From Lama guanicoe (taxonomy: Eukaryota), in the NCBI GenBank assembly GCA_013239625.1, contig MU054001.1, forward strand, positions 809,884-873,883: a stretch of DNA of 64,000 bases. Reading direction: 5' to 3'. Each line of letters opens with the position of its first letter. Position 1 is the first letter of the stretch. Positions 12,500 to 24,432 of this stretch are shown here, piece by piece. The notes beneath the pieces are model-generated. The model saw only the letters and a list, made by a program, of their open reading frames with translations, had not been told where the DNA came from and did no database searches. The translations under genes were made by a program, and so were the position numbers.

Positions 12500-12670
12500 T
12501 GGGTGCCCGGCATACGTCCCAGCCTCCACTGACCCCTTCAGGCCTCACAACAAGCCCACGTAGCCAGCGCTAGCCTCTTCCTCCACTTTTACAGATCATG
12601 TGAAAGAGAGGGTTTCAGTTCCTGCCCAACATCGTACAGCCAGGCTTTAAAGCCAGCCCACCTGGCATCC
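12500..12670 (-). mobile_element. MIR SINE (diverged)
   Basis: 'cctcacaaca...cacttttacagat...cctgcccaacatcgtacagc'. Confidence 0.55.
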
Positions 12671-14025
12671 CCAGGCACGCCCCTGAATCATTCTGTCCAG
12701 TGCCCTGGGCACAGGGCATTTATTAAAGGTACCAGGCCTTATCCTAGGAGCAATAGGAACTCAGTAGAAGCATCCCATAACCACATCTGCATCATGTGAC
12801 AAGATTCCTCTGGCTGCTGGTGGAGAAGAGATGAGAGGACTGCAAGGGTGAAATGCAGAGTCACCCTGCACAGAGCCCCTTGAAGGTGTTCCGGCCATTG
12901 AGGTTAGGGGTGGAGGTTGGACTGACGCTGAAGGAGGTGGGGGAGAAGCGGGGAATTTTAGAGATGTTGGCTCTTCCCCTCTCTGTGCTTTACCCTAATT
13001 TTATTCGTGGAATAAAAGAATTAGCTCTGGGTTCAACACTGCGGGTGGCGGGGGAAGGGCAGGGGAGGGGGGAGGGAGAGGTGTCAACTCACCAGAGAGC
13101 CTGGGCAGCCCCTCCAGGGACCAGGCTGTCACTTCCCCCTGCCTCTCCTGTCAGGGTCAGGGGCTGGGAGCCCCCACCCCTGAAGCTGGGGGTTGCAGGA
13201 GCCGTCAGATCCCAGGGGACCAGCATTCAGATTGATTCCCCAAGAATCTAGCCAACAGGGAGACAGCCCTCCCAGGGGACAGGAAAGCCTCTCCAGACCC
13301 AAAGAACCCTTGGAGGCTGCCCACCTCCTGCCCTTCTTCCCCAGGGGCTGAATCACCGGGAAGTCTGGGAGCTGCCTTCTGACACAATCTCTTCCACCCC
13401 AGTGTTGCCCGCGTGCCTTGGCAAACAGAATCAAAGCTGTTGGAAAGAACGCACCCAGAGAGTCAAGCAGTTTACCCACTGTCAGGGGTGGCTTTGAACC
13501 AAATCCTCACCTCCAGGTAGTATTTACCTCCAGCACACACACAGCCTGGGCTCCCTGAGGCTGGAAAACGACCTGGCCTCCCAGGTAGCAGCCCCGCCCC
13601 TTCAGAAAAGCCAAAAAAGCATCCCGTTTCAACCTCTAAATCTCCACATGCCAAATTTAAGAAGGGGGAAGGAGCTCCAGCACTGGAGTGAAGAAGGGGC
13701 GATTCTGACCCACCTCCCTCCAGCACCTTGAGGTCCCTGCCATTTGCATTCTGCCTCACCCGGTTCCTGCCACCGCTGAGAGTTAATCTCCACAGCCCAG
13801 ATTAGTTTATTCGATTAACTCTGCTCCCTACAGACCATCCCGGGAGCTCTCCGCCACGCATCCAGAACGAGCGTCACCAACATTTTACCAAGAAGATTCA
13901 ATAGAATAATCTTTTTCTTTCTTCCTTTCATATGATTGGAAAATAAATTGAAAATGAATTTCAGGCATTGCTTGTGTTTTAAATATGAGATAAAGGGCAG
14001 CCCAGTGCCAGCTAGTTCAATAGAT

Positions 14026-14045
14026 GGGGTGGGGGTGGGGTGGGG
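14026..14045 (+). other. G-quadruplex-forming motif (G4-5 T)x4
   Basis: ggggtgggggtggggtgggg: four runs of at least 4 G with 1-nt loops. Confidence 0.7.
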
Positions 14046-14281
14046 AACTGGAGGAGGGCTTCCATTATAAGCAACACAAGCACGCTTCGGAAGCAGGAGG
14101 CTTTTAATCACGTGTGTTAGGTTACCGCCAATATTTGTGTAATTAGGCTATCCCATTTTGACACCTTTAACTGATGATGATGATTTTTTGTTTCTGGAGA
14201 ACTCCAGCATAGCCATCAACACTTGAACTTCTGAAAGACAGCTCTTCCCTTCAGCATCTTGTTTCAAACTGTCTCTTAAGC

Positions 14282-14520
14282 CACTGGTCCTCCAACTTGC
14301 CTCCAGGTTGAAACCCCCAGGGAGGTTTTTAAAATTCTGATGCTTGGGTCCCACCTCCAGAATTGGGATTTAATAGGTCAGGGTGTGACCTGGCCAGAGG
14401 GTGATTTGTAAAGCTTTGCAATTATGATGATTATGATTATTCCTTTTTAACTTAAAAAAATATTTCTAAAGCTTCTTTTAGAAGAGGATTCCAACGAGGA
14501 GCCAAGTTTGAGAACTTCTG
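14282..14520. mobile_element. MER5A/B hAT-Charlie MITE
   Basis: 'gatgcttgggtcccacctccagaattgggatttaataggtc' and terminus 'gccaagtttgagaacttctg'. Confidence 0.75.
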
Positions 14521-15751
14521 TCACCAACTCTTCTCCGCTAATAGCAGGATGGGGAAAACTCAAAGGTGTCACCAGGTCATTAACCGCCCTGTTAAGCAGG
14601 GCACCCTCACACTCTTAAGCATCAGGTTAGAAACTTCCAGTCAACAAGCTAGCCCTTCTAACCTTCTTTTTTCCAGTAAGGGTACGTGCCTGCCAAGCCA
14701 TAGGTGTCTTGGTCGGAGGGCCTTGGCAGACAATGACCCCAAGTATTTGTAATGCCACGTTCACAGATGTATTTATACAGGGCCTGTGTTCAGCATTTGT
14801 CATCACTGTCACCGAAAATGATTTCCTGGGTCGTAAAAATGACTACAAAGCTTGACCCCGAAGATTCGACGTGCCTGTTTGCTTATTCAGGTTCAAGATG
14901 TGATGTCAAACACTGCTCTATTAGTGGCCGCTTTTCACAAGGAGTTTGCTCGGGGTTGATAACAATGATGGTCGGAGAAGCATGTTGATGTCGGTCCAGA
15001 TAGGATGGTGCTGAGGTGCCGAGAGCGAGGGTGTTGACAAGGCAGAGGAGGCTGGGAAAGATGTGCAAATGCGGGTGTTACCTTCCCTGGCAGCCCCCTT
15101 TCAGAAACCGGCAGTTCATCACAGGGTGACAGTAACAGCAGGATTCCTGGGATGAGGGTCTCCTATGAGGGATTTCTGGGTCCCACACACAATGTGGCCC
15201 CCGTTTTACACAGCCCCCCACACACATATTTTAAAATGCACAGAGGTCTAATTACAGTGGGCAGACACACTTCTTTTAATTATTCATTACAGCTCCAGTT
15301 CACATAGACTTTTTCTAAAGTTACAGTCATTGTCAAATAATGAGGCCTCCCCCCTCCCGCCCCCGTCCCACTTGTGAGTCAAACCAGGCAGAGGCCAGCC
15401 TACCTCCTAATTTCATTAGCCCAACATTACTATAGGTTGCAGGAAGGAGGGGGGTCAGACTCAGATATTCCCAAAGAAGAATCCTATTTTAAAATCAGGT
15501 TATTAAAACACTCAGACAAGCAGACACACCCAGATATATGTCAGATCAATTGCTGGGCGCTGGTGCAGGTTTTGAAAGATGGAGTGCCTTCACTTTCATT
15601 AAATTATATGATTGTGTAAGAAAGATGGGCTATCGTTCAGCTGTGAACCTTCAGCCAAGTCACATTAGAACCAACATTAGGATGGTGGATTGCTTTTTAA
15701 AACTAATAATAACAAGTAAAACATTTAAGCACAATAAAAAAAAATTCTGAA

Positions 15752-15910
15752 GGGGGAAGGGACTAGCTCAGTGGCAGAGTGCATGCTTGGCAGGCACGAG
15801 GTCCTGAGCTCGATCCCCAGTACCTCCATTAAAAAATGAAAATAAACCTAATTACCTCCCCCAAATTAGCATAATTAATCAAATAATTAATTAATTACAG
15901 ATTTTAAAAA
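15752..15910 (+). mobile_element. tRNA-Ala-derived camelid SINE (Vic-1 type)
   Basis: 'gggggaagggactagctcagtggcagagtgcatgcttggcaggcacgaggtcctgagctcgatccccagtacctcca' has A/B boxes of tRNA-Ala type, then 'aataaacctaattacctcccc' and an AT-rich tail; flanks aaaaaattctga/aaaaaatcgga are TSD-like. Confidence 0.85.
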
Positions 15911-18344
15911 ATCGGAGTGCGTGATTTCAGTTGCACACAAAGAAACAAAAATTTCCTAAACTAAATGTTCTCAATTCTTTTTATTAACCACCATTACTAG
16001 AAATTAATTGCAAATTGTTTGAGGTTATTTTTCTAAAGGTCTTTAGACTGTGACATATTGGTGGTGCCTTTTAAGTATCTCTATCTGCAGGTCCTGCCTG
16101 GTGGAAACCTCAGACAGGACTACGTCCTCGATTTACATTTCAAGCATTTGGAATTCCAAACACCTCTGCTTTCTCCTCTGGAATATTTTACGGTCAGCCA
16201 AACGTCATCCATTTGGAATCTGTGATATTTCACCTTTGGAATGTAGAATTTCTTTTGTTGGAATGGTTTAAAAGAATCCTCTCCTCCATGCAAATCCAGT
16301 ATTTGAAAGAAGAACTTGGTCCACAGTCCATCATGATGGAGAAACATGCACTCACTGCGTTTTAAAATCCTAAGAGGCTGTTGGCCAGCCGAGTCCTGCA
16401 AAGAAATCTCGAAGCTAACAGGACCCAAAACTGCGTATTTTAAATTGGATTCTCTGAGGATGACTTTTCCTGCGTCTCTTCCCCCTGGAGGGACTTGATG
16501 CTGGGTCTTCTGCCAGGATGATTCGAATTCCTCATTGACAATCTCTCCCCATGAGTGATGCTCCATCTAGTCGACTCCTCGGCACATAGTAGGAGCTCAA
16601 TAATTGTTCCTGGGGTTTATAATTTGGCTATTTGTTTTCTATCCACTGTGCTAATGGGGAAAGAAACTCATCACATGTTGGCTGACAGTCCTTCAAAAGA
16701 ATAGCACGGGGTCCCCCAGACCCAGCCTTCAGACGTGGCCCCAGGAACTCTGCTGCTGTTTGGTGAGCCCACTGATCTGCAGGTCGCTCCCACACTGGGC
16801 TCCACCCTCCCACAGGGCATCTCTGCTGGCCCTCTGCAGGCCCCACCCCCCATCTCCTTCCCTCTGACAAAGTACGGAATATCAATAGCCTTTTAGGCTT
16901 AGAAAGTTCAAGGGTCAATCTTCAAGGTGCTTAAGGCAGGGGAAAACTCCCCTGTCTTGGGGTGCCTGACAGTGATGGCATCTCCAAGTAAATAGGAGCA
17001 TCTCTGTGTGAAAGCGCCAGTGTTCCTCATGCTAATTAAACAAACCAATTATGGTAATTAACTGGCACAAATGTTTAAATGGCTGGGAAGCAGAGTGAAG
17101 GGGGTTACCACTGAGCTGCCACACAATTATCCTGATAAAAATGGATTTCTAAACAAGGGGATGCTTGACATTTTTGGTCACTTTCAAAATGTATATATAT
17201 TGAAGTTCTTAGGAAGGATCTGCCAATTCCACTCCATCCTTAGACTGTTAAAGACAAGAAATATCAGAAAGAAAGAAACAAGCACACCAAGGGAGAAAGA
17301 GAGAACATAAACCAAATTTTTAAAATCCTGTTCAACTGACAAGGATGAGATGGGATGTTACTTCCCATCACTTAGCGATCATAATTAAAGAAATTCGGTT
17401 TTGATGAAGGTCACCTTGACTTTAGGAAGGAAAGAAGGCCTGAATGATATGCTAATTAGGACACATCTCTTTGAAAACTGTCCAAGTGGCTGAATATATA
17501 TTTTTAAAGCAGGCCTGTAGTTAAAAAGAGTTTGCACCAAGTTCTGGCTTTTTGTTTTCTTCCTAAAGAGAGTTGGTTGGTCCAGTTGCTCCCTTGTTGT
17601 TGAAATTCAATCAGGGGCATTAAAGTGTAAACCAGTTGGAAAAACAAAGAGCTTTAGGGAAATTAGTTGCTTCAACAACAACAAACAAGCACTTGGTAAT
17701 CTTCTTAGAGAAATTAATGAAGAGCAAACCCCCCTCAACTAGGGAGAAGAATGATTCCCGGCTCTCAAAGCACAGGCCTGGGAGCTTGAGAGAGAAGGTG
17801 TGAATGAAAAGAGAAGGATTAAGTCGAACTTCAAGGAGAACACAAAGAAATTTGGGGGATCTGAGAGCGCAGTGCACCCATTTTCAGATGGAGGAGTATT
17901 TTGGAGGGCCAAGGGGTCCTAATCCTCTATGCAAATCTCCTTAGATTGAAGTTTGCTTAAGTGTTTTATTTCTTTGCATACAATTAACATGCGAAGCCCT
18001 GAAATGCTAACCGACTTCAAAGTCGCCTTGTCTAGAAGCATCTCAAGTTATCTTGCCTGCTGCCTTTAATCATCTTCCAAGCTTTTCTGATACTTGAAGA
18101 CGAAATCTCATTTTTCAGAGTCTTGAAGGCCTTACACACACTCAAAAGAAGGAAAAAAACCACCCCCTCCACCATTAAACAAACAAAGCACCCCCCTTCT
18201 GCATTACAGGCCAGAACTTTATCTTCTTTTTGTTGGTTCTAAGGTTGATAAGTAGATCTGCTATTTTTACTTCCAATTGGATCGTGTTCCCAGCGCTTCT
18301 CTTTTTGATTTAACATGCAAATCATAATCCTGAACTATGGAGTG

Positions 18345-18482
18345 TTTTGTTTCTGAAACTATCTATTTGGAAATGACTTGAAATTCCCAGAAAAGTTACA
18401 AAACTAAAAACAATACTTTTGCCTTTGTCTAAATTCACCTACTGTCAGCATTTTACCCCAGTGCTTTATCACATATGCATGT

Positions 18483-18535
<53 letters not shown>

Positions 18536-18815
18536 CTCCAAAGTTGCTTCTTTAAACCAGTTGAGAGTACATTATATACCTTAAGTTACAACCCCCAGGT
18601 ACTTCCATGGGAATTTCCTAAAAACAGGAATATTCCCTTACATACCACAATATAGTTATCAACTTCAGTAAATTTAACCTTGATACAATAACTTTTATCT
18701 GGTTTATCATTTGTGCTTCAGTTTTGACAGTTGATCCAATAATGTCCTATGAGTGTTTTCTCTGCTAAGACCTGGTTGGTGTAGGATCAGGGATTACATT
18801 TGGTTGACATACCCT
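18345..18815 (-). mobile_element. L1MC (4/5-like) 3' fragment containing a (CA)n tract at ~18483-18534
   Basis: 'cagaaaagttacaaaa' and 'tttcctaaaaacaggaatattcccttacataccacaatatagttatcaacttcagtaaatttaac'. Confidence 0.75.
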
Positions 18816-18984
18816 TTTTAGTTTGAACAATGTTTTTAAAGCTATATAAGTTTTAAGCATTTGGATATTTTAAGTAAATGACTATATTCAGTAAATGCTT
18901 AGTATTTAATCGAGACACCTGAAGTTTAAGTTTTTGCCAACATTTGTAACTAATGTATGTGGAACCCAAGAATCAGAATAACAA

Positions 18985-19090
18985 TAAAAACAGCAAGGAC
19001 AGTTGACCTTTACTGATGACCTGTTATGTGTCAGGTGCTCTGCTAAGTGATTTATATGGACTATCTGGGGAACTGTTCTATCAAGGCCTC
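18985..19090 (-). mobile_element. MIR 3' fragment
   Basis: 'tttactgatgacctgttatgtgtcaggtgctctgctaagtgatttatatgg'. Confidence 0.6.
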
Positions 19091-19254
19091 CTTTTCTGTC
19101 TCCCAGCACAGAATGAAGGAACTTTCAGAAATGCTTAGGATCTCCCTTCTCGTCCTTTCTAAGAATCTCATTGTCTGAATCCTAATTCTGAGATTCAGAC
19201 CTGGGGTTGTACAGGCCATGAAGGAGGTCCAACACTCCAGATCTTTCACTCCAG

Positions 19255-19705
19255 CTAGTAGATAAAACAGATCATGTTTAGGTGATACAGTGCTAGGAAG
19301 AAAAGTAAAGCAGGGTAGGGGTGAGAAAGCAACGTGAATACGGGAGTGACATGGCTATTTCATGTAGGGAAGTCAAGGAAGACCTCTCTGATGAGGTGGT
19401 AATTGCAAAGAGCCATGAAGGCAGGAAAGAAAGGCATGAACCTTGTGGATATCTGGGGGAAGAGCAGCCTAGGCAGAGGAATCAGCAAGTGCAAAGGCCC
19501 TGTGGCAGCAGGGTGCTTGGTATGTGCAAGGCACTCTGAGGAGCCCACCAAGTGATCTAATGGGGGAGGAAAGAACAGGGGTGGCAGGGAGCAGCCAGTT
19601 TGGGGACTTGGAGGTCATGGTGAGGATTTTGGCTTTTAATCTGAGTGATATGAGAAACCATTGCAGGGTACCAAACAGAAGAATCTTTTTAAAGGCAGTG
19701 TTGTA
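19255..19705 (-). mobile_element. L2 LINE fragment
   Basis: 'aaagcaggg...gtcaaggaagacctctctgatgaggtg...aggcagaggaatcagcaagtgcaaaggccctgtggcag...ggattttggcttttaatctgag'. Confidence 0.85.
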
Positions 19706-19729
19706 GAAGCAGGTGAAAATCAAGAACTT

Positions 19730-19994
19730 AACTACTATTAGCCTAGCGGTGACCAGAAACCTCACCAATGACATAAACGGTAGATTAATGCATATTTTCT
19801 GTGTTACATGAATACCTATATATATATTTTATGCATTGATGATATAACTTTTAATTTTTTGATAGTTCTAGGCTGTGTGTTTTTTCAAATTGTTGCCAAT
19901 TTCCCCCAATGTTTCCAATTTATTTGCTGACCAAAAAATCCACATATAAGTGGACCCATGAAGTTCAAGCCCATGTGCTTCAAGGTCACCTGTA
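19730..19994. mobile_element. TcMar-Tigger (Tigger3/MER7/MER8-type) fragment
   Basis: Terminal sequence 'aagtggacccatgaagttcaagcccatgtgcttcaaggtcacctgta' ending in a TA target. Confidence 0.75.
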
Positions 19995-20689
19995 ATTTAA
20001 AGATGAATCTTCTGTTTGCTACACTCACCATCGTCACCCCCTTTAAGGCAAACTTCTTACAAGGAATTTTCTTGCTGTCTTGCGATCTGTCTAAGGTCAT
20101 GGAAGAATCAAATCCATGACATATAATTTGTGACTCTTCACGGGGTTGACAAGAGTTCTCACCCTTTGATGAGTAGAAAGAGATCTGGTTGGTGGCATTT
20201 TCTCCACACGAGATGTTCTAGGGTAAAATTTATTTCATACAGTAAGTTTAGCAGGAAGAGTAAGACTACCTGGAGGTGATTCTTTGTCACTGAGGATGTG
20301 AGTGATGACAATTCCTTCTCAGCAGGAGGGCAGGTGAGTGTGCTACCTACTGGTAGGGCCATGTTTTGGACAGAGAGAGTGAGCACGCGTGCGCACTGTA
20401 AGACTCTCGTGTGGGCTATGCAGAAATCAAACACGGATGGGAAATACGTCTAGATTTTGCTGGCGGGGACCCTCTGCATTGCCCTGGCTGAGTTCACCCT
20501 GTTTTGTCTACTTGTAGCATTTTCAACCCCTTTCTGTCCCCAGCTCCACCCTGTTTCTCCAATCTGCCCCAATTCCAGGAACCATCACCCCATCCTCTGT
20601 GCTTCTAGGTCCCTGTGCTGACAAAGCTTCTGAGCAAGAGGGTAGCTCTCCAGTTCTCCTAATCTCACCCTGTCCTTCCCACACAGTGA

Positions 20690-20900
20690 TTAACAGGGGA
20701 AGGCTCTGGACTCAAAAGACAGAGGTCGGAGTCTTAGCTCTCCCCTTCTTAGTGGTGTGACCTCAGGGAAATTGTTGAACTTCTCCGAGCCTCAGTTTCC
20801 TCATCAGTAAAATGGGGAGGATGATGATCAGATCCATCCATTGAGTTGTAGCAAAGCCGTGATAAATTCGGGCCCACTGCTGGCCCATATGGTGCATTTG
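20690..20900 (+). mobile_element. MIR SINE
   Basis: 'gtgtgacctcagggaa...gagcctcagtttcctcatcagtaaaatgggg'. Confidence 0.85.
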
Positions 20901-21119
20901 TGGAAAATAGGAAAGAAGCCGTATCCTTCAGGAGACACTGCCCCACCTGGTGAACAGAACGTGGACTAGATTTCAGCCCTGCTTGGTCCCTCCTGGGCGT
21001 CTCTGACAGGGTCTGTCTGCCCAAACCATCCGCACAGTTCCTGGAAATAAAAATACAAGTTTTAGAACATGAGATGTGCAGAAAACAATATTCGCCAGTA
21101 TTACTTAGTGCCGTTATCA

Positions 21120-21620
21120 AGGCTCCTCCCCCGTGGTCATGGCAACCAGATTGGCTGGGGTGCCGCCTTTACCCTGCTTCCAATGGCCCGGAAAGTTTCT
21201 TCTCTGAATTCCAACAAGGTAACCAAAAGGGGCAGCCCTGCCCATCCGAGTACCCCTTGGGGCGCCGCCCCTCCCTTCCTCGGAGTACAGGACGGGGTGG
21301 GGAGGGTGGCGAGCATCGCTTAGAGCTCCAAGTACCTGGTCGCAGCTGGTGGTATTTCTGAACTTACAAAAAAAGGAGACTAATTTTCCCCGTTCCAGAA
21401 AATGGCTTGAGGCCTCCTAAATGCCCCCTTCAGACGGGCAGCTGGAGCAGTCTGGGGAGAAAGCTGTGCTGCGCGGGCTTTCCGAGGACCATATGGGCAG
21501 CTCGGCCGGTTCTGCGGCTGCGCCCGCCCTGCTTGTCAGCCCCAATCATACGTGCTCTAATCCGTGTTTTAATTTACTCTGCTGGTGCAACACCCGCGCT
21601 GCCAGGGCGGTCCTTGGGGC
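21120..21620. promoter_or_regulatory. CpG-enriched candidate promoter/enhancer with X-box, CCAAT, ETS and GC-box motifs
   Basis: GTGGTCATGGCAAC 21133-21146, GATTGGCT 21149-21156, CCAAT 21180, CCGGAA 21188, ccgcccctccc ~21265, and locally raised CpG density. Confidence 0.4.
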
Positions 21621-21829
21621 CCCCTCATTCCTGCTGCTGATGACAAGGAGTATGCAAAAGGCACAATTATTCACCCACCAAGGTGACAGAGAAGGCCTCT
21701 GCCTGGGAATAGGTTTCCAGCTTCCAACATTTTCATGTCAGTCGCCGAAGCACTTTGCAGTTTGCAAACAATTCTATGGAGACCTCTTTTTTTTTTTTTT
21801 TTTTCAAAAAAGCATTTTGATCCTAGCAA

Positions 21830-22600
21830 GTGACGGGACTTCAAGTGGCGGCCGGCTGGCTCGCCATTGATTCCGGAGGCCCATCTTCAGAAGGCTTGCC
21901 ACACGTTCCTCCTATTCAGCTGGATTATTGGATTTTTTTTTTTTAATCAAATAAGATTTCCCCTTCTCCCTTTTCCTTCTCCTTTTCCTCCCACATCCCA
22001 ACCCCAGCCTGCTTGGCCTCAAACAAAGGAAAATATGTCAGGCCCGGCCTATTAATTCGTACAGATTTGGCGTTGTTTATGTTCTCCTGTGAACCACATT
22101 CCAAAGCACCAAAATAAAACAGCTCAAGTGTAGCTTTCAGCTCCCCAGCCCATGATGTATTTCATTTGCTACGGTCCAGCCATGGTAACAATGCCTTTCA
22201 TTTTCTTACGGCCTAAGATGATTTTCTTTCTGTGAGGGCCATTTTGAGAGAGAGAGATAGAAACAGGGAGAGAACAGAGAGAGAGAGAGAGAGGGAAAGA
22301 GAGAGAGAGAGCCTGCGAGAAGAAAAGAAAAAAACCACCTCTCTTTTCCTTTTCAGGGTATCATTTGCAATTTAAAGCTAACCTGGGGAGTGCTGGAACA
22401 ATGCTTCTGCCCATAAAACGGTCCCGGCCGGGGGGCCGCATGCCCAATGAGGGTGATGTCGAGCTATTTAGTTCTTTGTCCTCCCATAATATCTACTTAA
22501 TGCAGTTCAATAGCGGTGGATTGTTAGCGGCATTAAGGATTCTATTAAGTTCTTCCCAAAGCCGGGCTATTCTCCTCCAGCTGTTGAGAGCCTGAGGCTT
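21830..22600. promoter_or_regulatory. Candidate conserved non-coding element/enhancer
   Basis: Free of interspersed repeats, retains CpGs, and carries Sox (AACAAT), Hox/Cdx (CCCATAAAA) and RFX half-site motifs; conservation not tested. Confidence 0.45.
22247..22322. repeat. Imperfect (GA)n polypurine tract
   Basis: Seen directly. Confidence 0.9.
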
Positions 22601-24199
22601 TCAGCCGAGGCTGGAGGAGAACCTTCTGGAAAGCACCTCTGCCGAATGGGTCTTCTCCAGCCTCAGACAGACCCGACTTGATCTCAGACCTGCGACGGTG
22701 GAGCCCAGCTCGGAAACGCCTGCCGGCCCGCCCGTGGCTAAGAAGAGATGTTTTCAAATCCCACCAGGCCCCAAAGCTTTGAATTTGGGAGCTCCTACCC
22801 CTTCATAGTCTTATATGAAATCAAATGTTTTTCACTCCTTAAATCTCTGAAAACATTTTTTAGACTATTTGAATCTTTTTCTGTTCAGCTTTAGGGAGAA
22901 TGAATGATCCACTCCGTCCTGCTTTATTCTTCATTGTTGAGATGCAATCGGACGAGAGTTCAGTTTCAGACGTGTTGACAGAAACCGACCGCTTGAGAAA
23001 CCTCGTTAAACACTTGGTAAGTTTGATCTTGTGGTTTTTCTTTCTATATTTGGAAGCCAGTATGAGGACTTCATTTTAAAATAGGAAACATGGTGGGCTT
23101 GGGCCAGTGAATGAAACGGCTTCTACCTGCAGAAAGTTGGCCTGAGACGGACTTGCCATCATTCTCAGCTTGAGTTGAGTCAGCTGGTGAGATCCAGGGG
23201 CAGCCTTCCCATCTTGACCTAATGCTCCAAGCCTACCTTGTAGAATTTGGTGAAGCCAGGTAGAGCCAGGTGGCTGGGGTCACCCCTTCAGGGCCTAGCA
23301 CCTTACCTGGCACACAGGGGTGCCCTCTGCTTCCTGCACAAGAATCATTTATCACTGAGTTCTCAAGAGCCATCCAAGGACCCTTGAATGCTAATTCCTT
23401 CTTGGGGCCACCCTGCCCCACAGATAATCCTGGGGGGGGTGGTCCCCTTCTTGCCCATCTCAGCAGAAGGGGTCACAGGCAGAGCAGCCCTGGACAGTGT
23501 GGCCTCCAGAGCTGGCGGCTCCATCCAGAGTGGGCGGAGAGACGGAGGCGGGCGGGGGCTGCGGGAGGGCCAGCGGGAGGGGAGGGGGCCCTGCCAGGAT
23601 TTCACACAGTTGGCTGGAAGAGGCAAGCACTAAGCTGCCTTTTCAACCACAGTAAACCCTGTCCATCTGGCCACCCTAAAACTCTGTTAGCTTGTCCCCC
23701 TCGCCCAGGGCTGATTAGACCTCCTGAAGCAGAAGTAACGCCATCAATGGTGTAAACCCCGGCCACTTGAGGGTATTACATTTCATTTCATGCTTGACTT
23801 AATCAAAACTGGGGAAATGAAATGTACACCTTTTTGATGTCCTTTTCCCTGCTGTTTAAAGAGAAGAATCTTAACCCATTTGATCTTCACATGCACCCAG
23901 TAAATGACCAAATATGGCAAGCTGTCAAAAGCAGAAGGTGGCCAGTTGCCAGGCGGTGTTGGGTCACTGAGAAAGCACTTAATGCGGGCAAACGTAGGTT
24001 TGGAGCCCAGGGACATTGTGGCCGAGGCAGCGTTTCCCCCAGCCGGGCTGCAGTTAGGAACTTTTGAAAGGAAAAGTTGGGTTGGAGAAAGGAGCAGGTC
24101 TTTTTGATTCAGAGGGATGGAGCATGGGTTGACACTTGCCTTCAAATTTCCCGTCAGGTATCCCTTCCTCCTGGAAGATTTTCGCACCCTCCCCCACTA

Positions 24200-24420
24200 C
24201 TGGTTAAGAAGTGGACTCTGGGGTCACTCTGTGTGTCCTGAGCCAAGGTAGTTAATCTCTCTAGGGGCCTCAGTTAACTCATCTGTAAAATGGAGATGAT
24301 TATAGTCTTGACCTCATTGGTTGCTATGGTGATTAAATGATATACCATATACAGGGTGCTTAGCAGGATGCCCGGTACGAGACGTTCTCAATAATTGCAG
24401 CCTATTGTTACTGTTACTCT
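24200..24420 (+). mobile_element. MIR SINE
   Basis: 'tggttaagaagtggactctgg...cctcagttaactcatctgtaaaatggagatgattatag...gattaaatga'. Confidence 0.85.
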
Positions 24421-24432
24421 ATTTATTACATC

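Noticed and set aside
14375..14391. Perfect AGGTCA-n5-TGACCT inverted repeat
   Set aside because: Lies within a MER5 copy, and IR-5 spacing is not a well-established response element.
15752..15828. Possible tRNA-Ala gene
   Set aside because: Altered anticodon arm and stems, a SINE-type tail and TSD-like flanks indicate a SINE.
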